From an uncultured delta proteobacterium (GTDB lineage Bacteria > Desulfobacterota > Binatia > UBA9968): a stretch of DNA of 64,000 nt. Made by a program: the position numbers and the translations under genes. The notes under the pieces are model-generated. The model saw nothing but the letters and a program-made list of their open reading frames with translations. It was not told the origin of the DNA and ran no database searches. This document shows positions 11,208 through 20,073 of this stretch, in pieces. The stretch is from assembly GCA_963771465.1 (NCBI GenBank), contig CAVYTU010000005.1:32001-96000 (forward strand), in the 5' to 3' direction. Numbering within the stretch: the stretch's first letter is position 1; every line of letters begins with the position of its first letter.

Positions 11208-11344
11208 GGCGCCGACTGCCTTTTGGATGTATTCCACAATCTGCAGGGGATTTGTAAATTTGCGGCTAAGCAAGATCATGGTCAGAGGGAATAAAATGTA
11301 CCGGGAGCCTTTTCTTGATCCTACACTGGTCTTTTACGAAACCG

Positions 11345-11929
11345 TCAGCCAGTAATCTCGTATGGTATGTTCGTCGGTCCTTCGATTTGCCGGTAGAGGT
11401 TGCCTTCCATGCTGTAGCTGCCCTGTAAAACCTTTCCGGCGACGCGCTCGGAGCGTAGAATGACAGCCACCGACCGCGTCGGGCCGCCTTGTTCGGCGTG
11501 GATATCGAAGGGCGGGACGAGGTCGACTTTGCCGGCTTTGCCTTCGGTGACGCTTTCCAATTCCAATTTCGCGTAGCCTTCTTTCGAGTGGTCGTCGACG
11601 CGGCGAAATCGTTCCAGACTTTCACTGCCGTCGAGCACGCCGTAGGCGGTCCAAGCGTGGGCATGATCGTGTATGCTGCCCTTGCGTCCCGGCATACGCA
11701 CCACGCCGTTGATGGCGAAGCCACACTCCTCGTCTTCATGAAACAAAAGGTTCTTGCGGCCTTCCGTGGACGGCCACGATTGTGAAGCTTTGCGCATGGA
11801 TTCGTCTTTGACGAGTTCTTCCAAAAGCTTCTGGCCTTTCTTCATGCGCGCTTCGGTGTCGGGCAGTTCCTTCCATGCTGCGCGTAAATCCTGAATGAAT
11901 TTTTCAAATACTGGAATGTGCCTACTCAT
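11345..11929 (-). CDS. Cysteine-dioxygenase-like cupin
   Basis: IHDHAHAWTAYGVLDGSE...DIH metal-binding motif. Confidence 0.7.
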   Translation of the reverse strand: MSRHIPVFEKFIQDLRAAWKELPDTEARMKKGQKLLEELVKDESMRKASQSWPSTEGRKNLLFHEDEECGFAINGVVRMPGRKGSIHDHAHAWTAYGVLDGSESLERFRRVDDHSKEGYAKLELESVTEGKAGKVDLVPPFDIHAEQGGPTRSVAVILRSERVAGKVLQGSYSMEGNLYRQIEGPTNIPYEITG

Positions 11930-11970
11930 CGTCGTCGCTCCCTAATGTTTCGAATGATCGGAACACTGCA

Positions 11971-12414
11971 TCACGACTCTTGCCGTGCCCGAGCTTTTTT
12001 CTCTTCCGGCGCTTTGATTTTGTCCAGTTGCTTTAGCGCAAAGTCAACCTGGCCGACTTCTTTGTTGGTAGCGCTGAAACGCGGATTGCCCGCCGGTTCG
12101 GCGCGCGCGCCGAGCAGGATCATGTATTGGTTGCCGGTGTTGTCGAGTTGATAAAGCTGGCCGGCTGGGATGGTGACGAGCATCCCGGGGTCGAGCGCGC
12201 GCGACGGCGCGTCGGGAAAGTGAAACGTGCACTGGCCTTGGACGCAGTAGAACTGCTGATCGGCGGTGTGTTTGTGCATGGGTCCTTTGGTCCCCGGATA
12301 ATCTCCATGCACCCAGGTATGAAATTGATCCGAGGTGAACAGCACTTTTTTGCTGTGGCCGATGTCAAGCTCGGGCTCCTGCAAGATATTGATGAATTCC
12401 GCTTTGTTCGCCAT
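11971..12414 (-). CDS. Cupin domain protein
   Basis: PMHKH..DQQFYCVQG...LDPGMLVTIPAG. Confidence 0.75.
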   Translation of the reverse strand: MANKAEFINILQEPELDIGHSKKVLFTSDQFHTWVHGDYPGTKGPMHKHTADQQFYCVQGQCTFHFPDAPSRALDPGMLVTIPAGQLYQLDNTGNQYMILLGARAEPAGNPRFSATNKEVGQVDFALKQLDKIKAPEEKKARARQES

Positions 12415-12458
12415 GTCTATGCTCCTTTCTTGGATCGAGTAGAGTTATTTTTCACAAA

Positions 12459-13994
12459 TCATTGCGCCGCGGCGCGTGCTGCTTGCAGTGTCGCGCTATC
12501 GCCGTGAATGCCGACGATAGTGCTCACATCTAGGTTGAGTTTGTCCAGCGCGGCGACGAATTCCTTGACCGCCGGCGCAGCGCGAACCTGTCCGTTGCGC
12601 GGGCTGATGTGATCGGCTTCGATCAAAAGCTTTTCCGCCGGCAGGTAAATCACGACGAGGTCTGCGGCATGGGAAGTCGGCATGGGGTAGACTTCAATGC
12701 GCCGGCTGCTATCTGTCAAAATCCGCGGGCCGCCGGCGAAGGATTCGATGACGACGCCACCTTTGTGTTGTGCCAAACTGTCCGGCCTTCGGCTATGGGG
12801 CGCTTTGGCAACCAAAGCATAAAAATCTTTCGCGACAAACGGCGTGATAATGGTGGCGCCGGTGGCCATGAACGCGCGAATGCCGCCGGAGTGGTCGAGA
12901 TGATGATGGGTCGAGACCACGTAGCGGATCGGTTTGTTGGGAAATTTTTCTTTGATCGATTTGACTACCGGCGCGGTGCGCTCTTCATACAGCGGACCTT
13001 CGATGGCGACCAGATGATCGCTCATCTCGACGAGGATGGTTGCGTGGGAACTGCCGCCAATTTTGTGCACACCGTCGGCTAAGCGCAGCCACTCGATATT
13101 TGCCGGACGACCCATATCTTGGTAGCTCACGTTGCCCGCCACGCGCCGCATGATCCATTGGGACGCGATCGGCGTGGCGTCGGGTTTCTGGTTGCGGATG
13201 GATTCGGGGATGGCGAAGACTTCTGCGCCAACAGCAACATTGTTGCGTACCGAGTTGATCTGCTCCTCTTGCAATAGGCGGCCATTGAGTTCCAAGCGTA
13301 AGCTGAAAGGCATCATGACATTGTCGGTCTTGCGCCAGTCGGCAAAGCGCAGCAGATAACTGCTATCGCCCTCCAAGGGGTCGTCTTCGAGAATGTCGAC
13401 CTGAGCCGGTAATCGGGTCTTCGGGTCGAGATACAGTCGGAACTCGTCGCCAGCTTCGCTAAAGGCGACCACGTGATACAGAGTGCCGTTGAGTTCCGCA
13501 TCGGCGAGGCGACGCAGTGTTTTGTTGGCGACGGCAAGGCGAATGAGTTGCACGGGCGAGCGCTTCTCTTCACGCATACGGGTGGCCAAGCGGCCGGGGT
13601 GAAGGCGGCTTGGCTTGGCGTTTTTGGCGTCGCCTTCTAGGAGTAAGCCGACCGAACCATCGATTACCTCGACGAAACGGATATTCTCATTGCGCGACGA
13701 AGTGCGCGCGTCCCAATCGAGCCGCAAGCGCGGCTGATTGAGATCACGGGTCAACGTGTAACGAAAAGTGTTGATCTGGCGCTGCGGTCCCAACTGGGCA
13801 ATCGGCGCCGAATTGAACTGCTTGCCTTCGCTCTCGACAACTTGATTGTTAACGGCGCGCAATGCCGCCATGCCGCCCATTGCCTCGGCGGCTTGATCGA
13901 CCAACGCACTGGCGCTTTGCGCATTTGCCGAGCCGATATCAAAGGCCGCCAGCGTGAGGGCGAGCAGCCCACGATGGAAAACGGTGCGGTTCAT
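12459..13994 (-). CDS. Secreted MBL-fold metallo-hydrolase
   Basis: Signal peptide; THHHLDHSGG; GIHG. Confidence 0.85.
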   Translation of the reverse strand: MNRTVFHRGLLALTLAAFDIGSANAQSASALVDQAAEAMGGMAALRAVNNQVVESEGKQFNSAPIAQLGPQRQINTFRYTLTRDLNQPRLRLDWDARTSSRNENIRFVEVIDGSVGLLLEGDAKNAKPSRLHPGRLATRMREEKRSPVQLIRLAVANKTLRRLADAELNGTLYHVVAFSEAGDEFRLYLDPKTRLPAQVDILEDDPLEGDSSYLLRFADWRKTDNVMMPFSLRLELNGRLLQEEQINSVRNNVAVGAEVFAIPESIRNQKPDATPIASQWIMRRVAGNVSYQDMGRPANIEWLRLADGVHKIGGSSHATILVEMSDHLVAIEGPLYEERTAPVVKSIKEKFPNKPIRYVVSTHHHLDHSGGIRAFMATGATIITPFVAKDFYALVAKAPHSRRPDSLAQHKGGVVIESFAGGPRILTDSSRRIEVYPMPTSHAADLVVIYLPAEKLLIEADHISPRNGQVRAAPAVKEFVAALDKLNLDVSTIVGIHGDSATLQAARAAAQ

Positions 13995-14021
13995 GTTTTC
14001 CTCCCAGAACGGTTTTGAAGT

Positions 14022-14876
14022 TTAACGCAGATGCTCGAGTTTGCGCCGTGAAATTTCTTCCACCTTCAGTTCGGAAGCAAAATTGTAGAGCGATGTCTCC
14101 CACGATCCATACATCGGATTGGGCAGCATAAACCATTTGGTGCCCCAACTATTATGTTTCTTAGCTGCGAGCACGCGCGCGTGCGGCGCGGTTCGATATT
14201 CCGAGATGAAGTCGCCCAGATCATCGCCAAATAGCATGAGCACGCGAAAACTTTGGGCGATAAACTGGCGCCGGCTGCCTTTGTCGACACCCCAATCTGG
14301 CTGTTCGTTGGCGCTGAGCACGGTGTCGATGTTCGTTGGCAAGGCGATGCCAACGCCGGCGAGTTGGAGGCGCGTGACCGGTTCAGTGGCGTGATCACGA
14401 TTGGTCACGAAGAAGACTGAAACGCCGCGCGACTGCGCCAAGGAAATAAATTCCAAGGCGCCGGGAACCGCAGGCGGCTGGTTTTGATTTAACCAATTGC
14501 GCCACACGGGGCTGGCAAAGCGCGCGCCGTTTTTTACCAGGTGACTTTGAAAGCGGCCGGTGTCGAGGACGGTTTCATCGATGTCCATGATTACGGCCGG
14601 CGGCAGAGTTTGAGAATTCACTGATTGCGCGGGGAGGGCGCTCCACTGGCGGTCGGCGAGGGCGCGCTCCAAATGCACCGCCGCCGAAGCGTAAATCGTT
14701 TGGGCGAGGACGTGGTATTCCGCCGATGTGGTTTGCCATAGAATCGCATCGAGCCGATCGTCCGTTCCCCGGTTGAGGGCGCCTGGCGAATCAGCCAGCG
14801 GCGCGCTGCATCCTGCGCTCAGTAGCGCGAAACCGAGCGCCCACAGGGTGTTTTGAAATAAAATAGTTTTCTGCAA
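14022..14876 (-). CDS. Class C acid phosphatase / 5'-nucleotidase lipoprotein e(P4) family
   Basis: Lipobox LSAGC; DIDETVLD; GDDLGDF; LPNPMYGSWE. Confidence 0.9.
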   Translation of the reverse strand: MQKTILFQNTLWALGFALLSAGCSAPLADSPGALNRGTDDRLDAILWQTTSAEYHVLAQTIYASAAVHLERALADRQWSALPAQSVNSQTLPPAVIMDIDETVLDTGRFQSHLVKNGARFASPVWRNWLNQNQPPAVPGALEFISLAQSRGVSVFFVTNRDHATEPVTRLQLAGVGIALPTNIDTVLSANEQPDWGVDKGSRRQFIAQSFRVLMLFGDDLGDFISEYRTAPHARVLAAKKHNSWGTKWFMLPNPMYGSWETSLYNFASELKVEEISRRKLEHLR

Positions 14877-15011
14877 ATCGGTGTCCTTTGCTCGGCGATG
14901 CTACGCTTCCATAGGTTGCGATGCGCCGTTCGATCTGTGAAATAATTTTGTCGCAAATTATGGCAAATTATATGGATAGCTTTATCCTAAGAGCGTGTGT
15001 TTAGCACAATC

Positions 15012-15506
15012 TTAGGGTCTGGTACTAACGGGATTTTTGAACGATTGCTTCTCGCTGGTGGGAGAAAAAAATCTGCCGACGGCGCCGCTGTCGAGGGTCA
15101 AGACTTTGTAATCGCCGTTGCCGTCCGCTTTCATCGTCGCGCGATACTGGAATTGATCTTCGGAGTTTTGTCCGACGAGATAGATCCAGATCGCATTCTC
15201 ACCGGGCATGGGCTGATACTCCTTGGCAGTAACTCGCGCTGGATAGCCGCGCGGATGGAGCCGAGTGATGGTTTCTTCGAGCTTGTCTCGTGAGACGTGG
15301 CGCTTACCTCCGGCGTCGAGCAACTCGTAGCCCTTGGAAAAGTTTTTTTCGATCAAGACCGCCTGAACAAACTCAATGGCGCGTCGGCCGGCAAGATCCT
15401 CATCATGCTTGACTGACTCGGAGCAGCTCACTGCCAGCGCGCCGAGCGCAACTAAGAGCGCAGATGATCGAACGAGCGTATAAAGCTTCGCTCCGGCGTG
15501 TTTCAT
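15012..15506 (-). CDS. Hypothetical lipoprotein
   Basis: Lipobox LAVSC after hydrophobic stretch; start set at MKHAG. Confidence 0.65.
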   Translation of the reverse strand: MKHAGAKLYTLVRSSALLVALGALAVSCSESVKHDEDLAGRRAIEFVQAVLIEKNFSKGYELLDAGGKRHVSRDKLEETITRLHPRGYPARVTAKEYQPMPGENAIWIYLVGQNSEDQFQYRATMKADGNGDYKVLTLDSGAVGRFFSPTSEKQSFKNPVSTRP

Positions 15507-15665
15507 GCTCTTTGCTCCATTTTCTTCGCGACAATGGCGGGAACGATCGTTACCTGTGATGATCTCGCCACAGGCCTGGACAACTCTGTCGCAGCCAGCC
15601 TGCTCAAGCTTTACCACGGCGTAACCTGGATTTCATTAATCGAACACCTCACGCCATTTTTTTTG

Positions 15666-15681
15666 CGGCATGTCACTTGCT
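15666..15681 (+). promoter_or_regulatory. sigma54 -24/-12 promoter
   Basis: CGGCATGTCACTTGCT, GG-N10-GC, ~38 bp before GTG start with SD GGAGGT. Confidence 0.65.
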
Positions 15682-15718
15682 GGATTGCTTGCCGAGAAAA
15701 CTTGCTGGGAGGTGAGTC

Positions 15719-16579
15719 GTGCGCAAATCTGTCTTGGTTTTTCCACTCTGCGTCGTTTTGGCATCGGGTTGTGCTCTGTTTGACCGTCCTGAGGCGGAGG
15801 ATCAGAAAAAAGAACTCGCACCGGCGAACGGTGAAAGTGGCACAATGGTGCCCGTGACTGCCAGTGAAGTACCAACGGTAGAACTCGCGCCGCCGGCCGC
15901 ATCGCGCCGCTGGAGCCAAGATGATATTCGCCGCATGCAAACGCGCCTGCGCGAAGTCGGGCTTGATCCTGGACCGGCCGACGGCGTTGCCGGCGCTCGA
16001 ACCAAAACCGCCTTGCAAAAATTTCACTCCGGTTGCGGCCAAGTTCAGCCGTTGCTCGACAATTTAGAAAATGGCGCCGTGACAAAAACAGTCGCCACTC
16101 AAACTCCTAGCCGTCAAGAAACTGTGGCGATTCAGACCCAGCTGCGTCAAGCGGGATTTAATCCAGGGCGGGTCGATGGCGTGTTCGGCGCCAAAACGAA
16201 AGCGGTTTTGGTCGAACTTCAACTCGGTTGTCCGATGGCGAAGGATTTCGCTCAGTTCTTGGTGCGGCCGGCGGGGACTGCTCAATCGACAGTTGTGGCG
16301 CAAGTTGCCGAGCGCGCGAATCTTGTTAGTGCGCCGGTAAACAGTTCGGCGCGCGCTCGCGTCGATGCGGTCAAGCCATCGATCACGCCAGTGGCGGCCC
16401 ATTCTCAAGAGGAGATTCGAATCCTGCAACTGCGCTTGCGCGACGCCGGCTTCGATCCTGGCCCGTTCGACGGCGTAATGGGGCCGAAGACCCAGCTGGC
16501 GCTGCAACAGCTCCAAGCAAGCCAGCGTACGGGTAAAACCAAAACCGCTCTGACCGTGGGACTTAACGGCAAGTATTAG
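15719..16579 (+). CDS. Lipoprotein with three peptidoglycan-binding (PG_binding_1) domains
   Basis: LASGC lipobox; three Q..L...G.DPG..DG..G.KT..AL repeats. Confidence 0.85.
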   Translation: MRKSVLVFPLCVVLASGCALFDRPEAEDQKKELAPANGESGTMVPVTASEVPTVELAPPAASRRWSQDDIRRMQTRLREVGLDPGPADGVAGARTKTALQKFHSGCGQVQPLLDNLENGAVTKTVATQTPSRQETVAIQTQLRQAGFNPGRVDGVFGAKTKAVLVELQLGCPMAKDFAQFLVRPAGTAQSTVVAQVAERANLVSAPVNSSARARVDAVKPSITPVAAHSQEEIRILQLRLRDAGFDPGPFDGVMGPKTQLALQQLQASQRTGKTKTALTVGLNGKY

Positions 16580-16600
16580 ATCTCTCCCATACGCCAAAAT

Positions 16601-16644
16601 AAAAGGCGGGCTCGGTTTGCGTTGCAACCGAGCCCGCCTTTTTT
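16601..16644. terminator. Bidirectional rho-independent terminator
   Basis: aaaaGGCGGGCTCGGTTtgcgttgcAACCGAGCCCGCCtttttt between convergent genes. Confidence 0.85.
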
Positions 16645-16670
16645 GCGCCAACGAAAAATGTTTTGCTAGA

Positions 16671-17009
16671 CTAATATTCGAACTGGCGTGAGCGCTGGAT
16701 TTGTTGGTTGTTGCGATTGATGGTTTGTTGGTTTTGTTGGATCTGTTGCTGATTCGATTGCTGCTGCTCTTGCCCCTGCATGTAGTCGCCGACCAGCGCG
16801 CCGGCACCCAAACCCACCGCGCCGCCGATCGCCGCGCCCGTACCCGGCCGGCCCACCGCTGCGCCAATCAATCCACCGGCGGCGGCTCCACCCAACGCGC
16901 CGATACCTGCGCCCTTTTCCCGTGTGGTCATCGGTCCACCTGAGCAGCCCGCTAACAGAGTGCCCGCAAGACCTAACGCGAACAGGTTTGCCGAGATCAA
17001 TTTGGCCAT
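16671..17009 (-). CDS. Glycine-zipper lipoprotein with Gln/Asn-rich tail
   Basis: LLAGC lipobox; GAGIGALGGAAAGGLIGAA..GAAIGG; SD GGGAGG. Confidence 0.85.
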   Translation of the reverse strand: MAKLISANLFALGLAGTLLAGCSGGPMTTREKGAGIGALGGAAAGGLIGAAVGRPGTGAAIGGAVGLGAGALVGDYMQGQEQQQSNQQQIQQNQQTINRNNQQIQRSRQFEY

Positions 17010-17063
17010 TTGTAGCCTCCCTCGCTTATCGAACTGATGCAACTTTTCACTATGACTACGGCG

Positions 17064-17079
17064 AGCAATGGTTGTGCCA
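17064..17079 (-). promoter_or_regulatory. sigma54 -24/-12 promoter
   Basis: - strand TGGCACAACCATTGCT, 55 bp upstream of glycine-zipper ATG. Confidence 0.8.
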
Positions 17080-17203
17080 TTCACGACGACCTCAACGACT
17101 AACCAATTATACCCGAAACGGCTGCAAAAGGTTGTAAAGAATTTTTGTCTGCAAGCACATGACGGCCCAATTCTGCGATGTGAATCGACAAAGTTGTCGG
17201 TTG

Positions 17204-17524
17204 CTAGTGACCTCTGGCAATTTTCTCGACATCCGCGATGGACGGGCCGTCCAGGCGAAAGGCGCGATGGGCGCGCCATTCTAAAACTTCCATCTTGCGG
17301 ATGCCGCGGGCGTGATGCGGATCGCTGGCCGCGATCGACTTAGCCTCGTCGAGGTTCGCCGCCAACATGACATAAATGCCGTAGCTGCCGTCGGTGGTCG
17401 GCCCGGAAAAAAGCAGACACCCGGCTTGGTGTTGATCGTCGAGCCATTGGCGGTGTTCTTCATAGTTGCGTTGTTTGTCCTGTTCCTTTTCCGGCAGCGA
17501 GCGCGACATGACTAGATACCACAT
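17204..17524 (-). CDS. YciI family protein
   Basis: EHRQWL...FSGP...AASDP pattern. Confidence 0.75.
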   Translation of the reverse strand: MWYLVMSRSLPEKEQDKQRNYEEHRQWLDDQHQAGCLLFSGPTTDGSYGIYVMLAANLDEAKSIAASDPHHARGIRKMEVLEWRAHRAFRLDGPSIADVEKIARGH

Positions 17525-17644
17525 GGCGGTTTCTCCTTTTCTGCGTTTTGCTTTTCTGGCAGCAGCCTACCCGGCGCGGGCGGCGATTTCCACTTGCGTA
17601 TCCGTTTGGCCGAAGATAAAAGTCGGGGCAAAGGAGAAACAAAA

Positions 17645-18649
17645 ATGATTATCGATGTGCATGGCCATGTATCAGCGCCGACCGAACTTTGGTCGTACAA
17701 AGCCAACATACTTTCCGCGCGCGGCTCGCACGGCCGCGGTGGAGTGAACGTTTCCGACGATGAAATCCGCGCGGCGGCGAATCGCAAGGAAAACTGGGCC
17801 AAGGGTCATCTCGACTATCTCAAAGATCACGGCACCGATCTGCAATTGATCTCACCGCGGCCGTTTCAGCTCATGCAGTCGGAAAAGCCGGCCAAACTGG
17901 TGCACTGGTTTGCCGAGGAGTGCAACAACATCATCGCGCGCCAGATGAAACTATTTCCCGAGACTTTTCTCGGTGTCTGTGCTTTACCGCAGACGGCCGG
18001 CGATCCGATTCAAAACGCGCTGCCGGAGCTCGAACGCTGCGTGAAGTCGGGCTTTGTCGGTTGTCTCTTGAATCCCGATCCCTACGAAAACGGCGGTCAG
18101 GAAGCGCCGGCCTTGGGCGACCGCTACTGGTATCCACTTTACGAAAAACTTTGCGAACTGGACGTCCCGGCGCATATCCATGGCACCGGTTCTCGCTCGG
18201 AGCGCAGTCCTTATTCCGTCCACTTCATCAATGAAGAAACCATCGCGGTTTTTGGCTTGGTGAATTCCACGGTGTTGCAAGATTTCCCCAAGCTGAAAAT
18301 TATTGTCAGCCACGGCGGCGGCGCGATCCCGTATCAACTTGGCCGCTTCGAAGCGCCGTCCTTGCGGCGCGGCACCGGCGCGCGTTTTTCTGACGCACTG
18401 CGCAAGCTTTACTTCGACACGGTTCTCTATACCGAGGACGCACTGCGGTTGTTGATCAAGACCGTGGGCGTCGACCGTTGCTTGTTCGGCACCGAATGCC
18501 CCGGTACCGGCTCTTCCATCGATCCCGCCACTGGCCGGTCGATGGACAACGTCAAGCCGATGGTGGAGAACCTCGATGGCCTGAGCGCGGCGGATAAACA
18601 GAAAATCTTCTGCGACAATGCTAAAGCCGTGTTTAATCTCAAGGTCTGA
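17645..18649 (+). CDS. Amidohydrolase-2, 4-oxalomesaconate hydratase (LigJ)-like
   Basis: MIIDVHGH..AP; LNPDP; HGGGAIPY; FDTVLY. Confidence 0.75.
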   Translation: MIIDVHGHVSAPTELWSYKANILSARGSHGRGGVNVSDDEIRAAANRKENWAKGHLDYLKDHGTDLQLISPRPFQLMQSEKPAKLVHWFAEECNNIIARQMKLFPETFLGVCALPQTAGDPIQNALPELERCVKSGFVGCLLNPDPYENGGQEAPALGDRYWYPLYEKLCELDVPAHIHGTGSRSERSPYSVHFINEETIAVFGLVNSTVLQDFPKLKIIVSHGGGAIPYQLGRFEAPSLRRGTGARFSDALRKLYFDTVLYTEDALRLLIKTVGVDRCLFGTECPGTGSSIDPATGRSMDNVKPMVENLDGLSAADKQKIFCDNAKAVFNLKV

Positions 18650-18659
18650 AAGCTGGGGA

Positions 18660-18703
18660 GTTCAAGCGGTTCAAAACGTTCAAATCGTTCAAAGGGTTCG
18701 AAC
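18660..18703. repeat. 9-bp tandem repeat (GTTCAAnnn x5)
   Basis: gttcaagcg gttcaaaac gttcaaatc gttcaaagg gttcgaac. Confidence 0.8.
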
Positions 18704-18740
18704 AAAGTATCAAAGCTGAGCCGTTAAAGAGATTAAAGGT

Positions 18741-19988
18741 ATGCTTTCCCACGAAGAGAATGAGCTTTTGACACGCGTCGGGACCGGCACGCCGATGGGC
18801 GGGCTAATGCGTCGTTACTGGATTCCCGCGCTTTTGTCGGAAGAGATTGCCATGCCGGATTGTGCGCCGGTGCGGGTCAGACTGCTCGGCGAGGATTTGG
18901 TCGCGTTCCGCGATTCGCACGGGAACGTCGGTTTGATAGGCGAGCACTGCGCCCATCGCGGCACATCGCTTTTCTTCGGCCGTAACGAAGAGTGCGGCTT
19001 GCGCTGTATCTATCATGGTTGGAAGTATGACGTTGACGGCAATGTCGTGGAAACGCCGGCGGAGCCGCGCGGTAGCGAGTTCGGCAAGAAACTGCGTCAT
19101 ACCGCGTACCCGTGTCGAGAAGTTGCCGGCATGATCTTCACCTACATGGGACCGGCGGAAAAAATGCCGGTGCTGCCGCGCTACGAATGGTCCGATTTGA
19201 AGCCGGAGCAAATGTTCCCGGTCAAGTCTTTGCTCGAATGCAATTATCTCCAAGGAGTTGAGGGCGATTTTGATTCGTCGCATACCTCGTTCTTGCACAA
19301 CAATAATATTCAAAACTCCGAGCGCTTAAAGCGCGACGGCGCGCCGACTTTGGAGGCTGAGGACACCCGCTACGGCATGCGGGCGATTTCGATCCGCAAA
19401 TTCGGCGCGGAGCAGATTTACGTGCGCACGAGTCCTTACATCATGCCGTCGTTTAGTATCGTTCCCGGTCCGCCGACGGCGAAGTTCGAAGAAGACGACC
19501 TGCGCGGGTTTCGCTTTTGGGTGCCCATCGACGATCACAAGACCTGGCTCTACATTCTCAACATGCGGAAGAAGCCGCTCGATGGTGGCGAGCGCGAAGC
19601 CTTGCGCAGTTGGATCAATCCCGACTATTCACGCGTGCGCAATTCTCATAACGATTATCTCATCGACCGCCAACTGCAACGCACGCGGCTCTATTCGGGT
19701 ATTCAATCGGTCAATGCCGCCGAACAGGACGGCTGCGCGACGGAAACCATGGGGCCGATTTACGATCGCAGCAAGGAGCATCTCGGCTATAGCGATAAGA
19801 CGATCATCGCGCTGCGCAAAATGCTCTTAAACGCAGTGCGCGACTTGGCCGAAGGCAAAGATCCGCCGCATGTAATGCACGATCCGCGCGAAGCAGACTT
19901 TTCAAGCTTACGCTCGCTCAAAGGTGTTTTGCCGGCGGATGCGGATTGGCGCAAAGTGATGGAAGGGTTGGGGCCGAATGATGGCTGA
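18741..19988 (+). CDS. Rieske non-heme iron oxygenase (phthalate 4,5-dioxygenase-like)
   Basis: CAHRG...CIYHGW; EG.FDSSH.SFLH. Confidence 0.9.
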   Translation: MLSHEENELLTRVGTGTPMGGLMRRYWIPALLSEEIAMPDCAPVRVRLLGEDLVAFRDSHGNVGLIGEHCAHRGTSLFFGRNEECGLRCIYHGWKYDVDGNVVETPAEPRGSEFGKKLRHTAYPCREVAGMIFTYMGPAEKMPVLPRYEWSDLKPEQMFPVKSLLECNYLQGVEGDFDSSHTSFLHNNNIQNSERLKRDGAPTLEAEDTRYGMRAISIRKFGAEQIYVRTSPYIMPSFSIVPGPPTAKFEEDDLRGFRFWVPIDDHKTWLYILNMRKKPLDGGEREALRSWINPDYSRVRNSHNDYLIDRQLQRTRLYSGIQSVNAAEQDGCATETMGPIYDRSKEHLGYSDKTIIALRKMLLNAVRDLAEGKDPPHVMHDPREADFSSLRSLKGVLPADADWRKVMEGLGPNDG

Positions 19989-20004
19989 TATCAGGATCTC
20001 AATC

Positions 20005-20046
20005 CGGTCAAAACGTTCCAGCCGTTCAAATCGTTCAAAACGTTGG
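20005..20046. repeat. 9-bp tandem repeat (GTTCAA family)
   Basis: ggtcaaaac gttccagcc gttcaaatc gttcaaaac gttgg. Confidence 0.7.
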
Positions 20047-20073
20047 CAACGCAGCGCGCGGTTTTTTAGAGCC

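Larger units (their letters stand above)
7670..11285 (+). repeat. Tandem duplication copy 2
   Basis: Collinear with 3330-6954. Confidence 0.9.

Noticed and set aside
14950-14975. Short direct repeat GCAAATTA x2 / possible sigma54 site
   Set aside because: Lacks the -12 GC and is too short to support a call
16680-16780. Low-complexity CAA/CAG repeat
   Set aside because: Simply encodes the Gln/Asn-rich tail of the glycine-zipper lipoprotein
19978-20073. N-terminal ORF extensions RSKRSSRSNRSKR and VQNVQDVQIVQ (also 54753-54959)
   Set aside because: In-frame read-through of intergenic 9-bp repeats; better starts lie downstream
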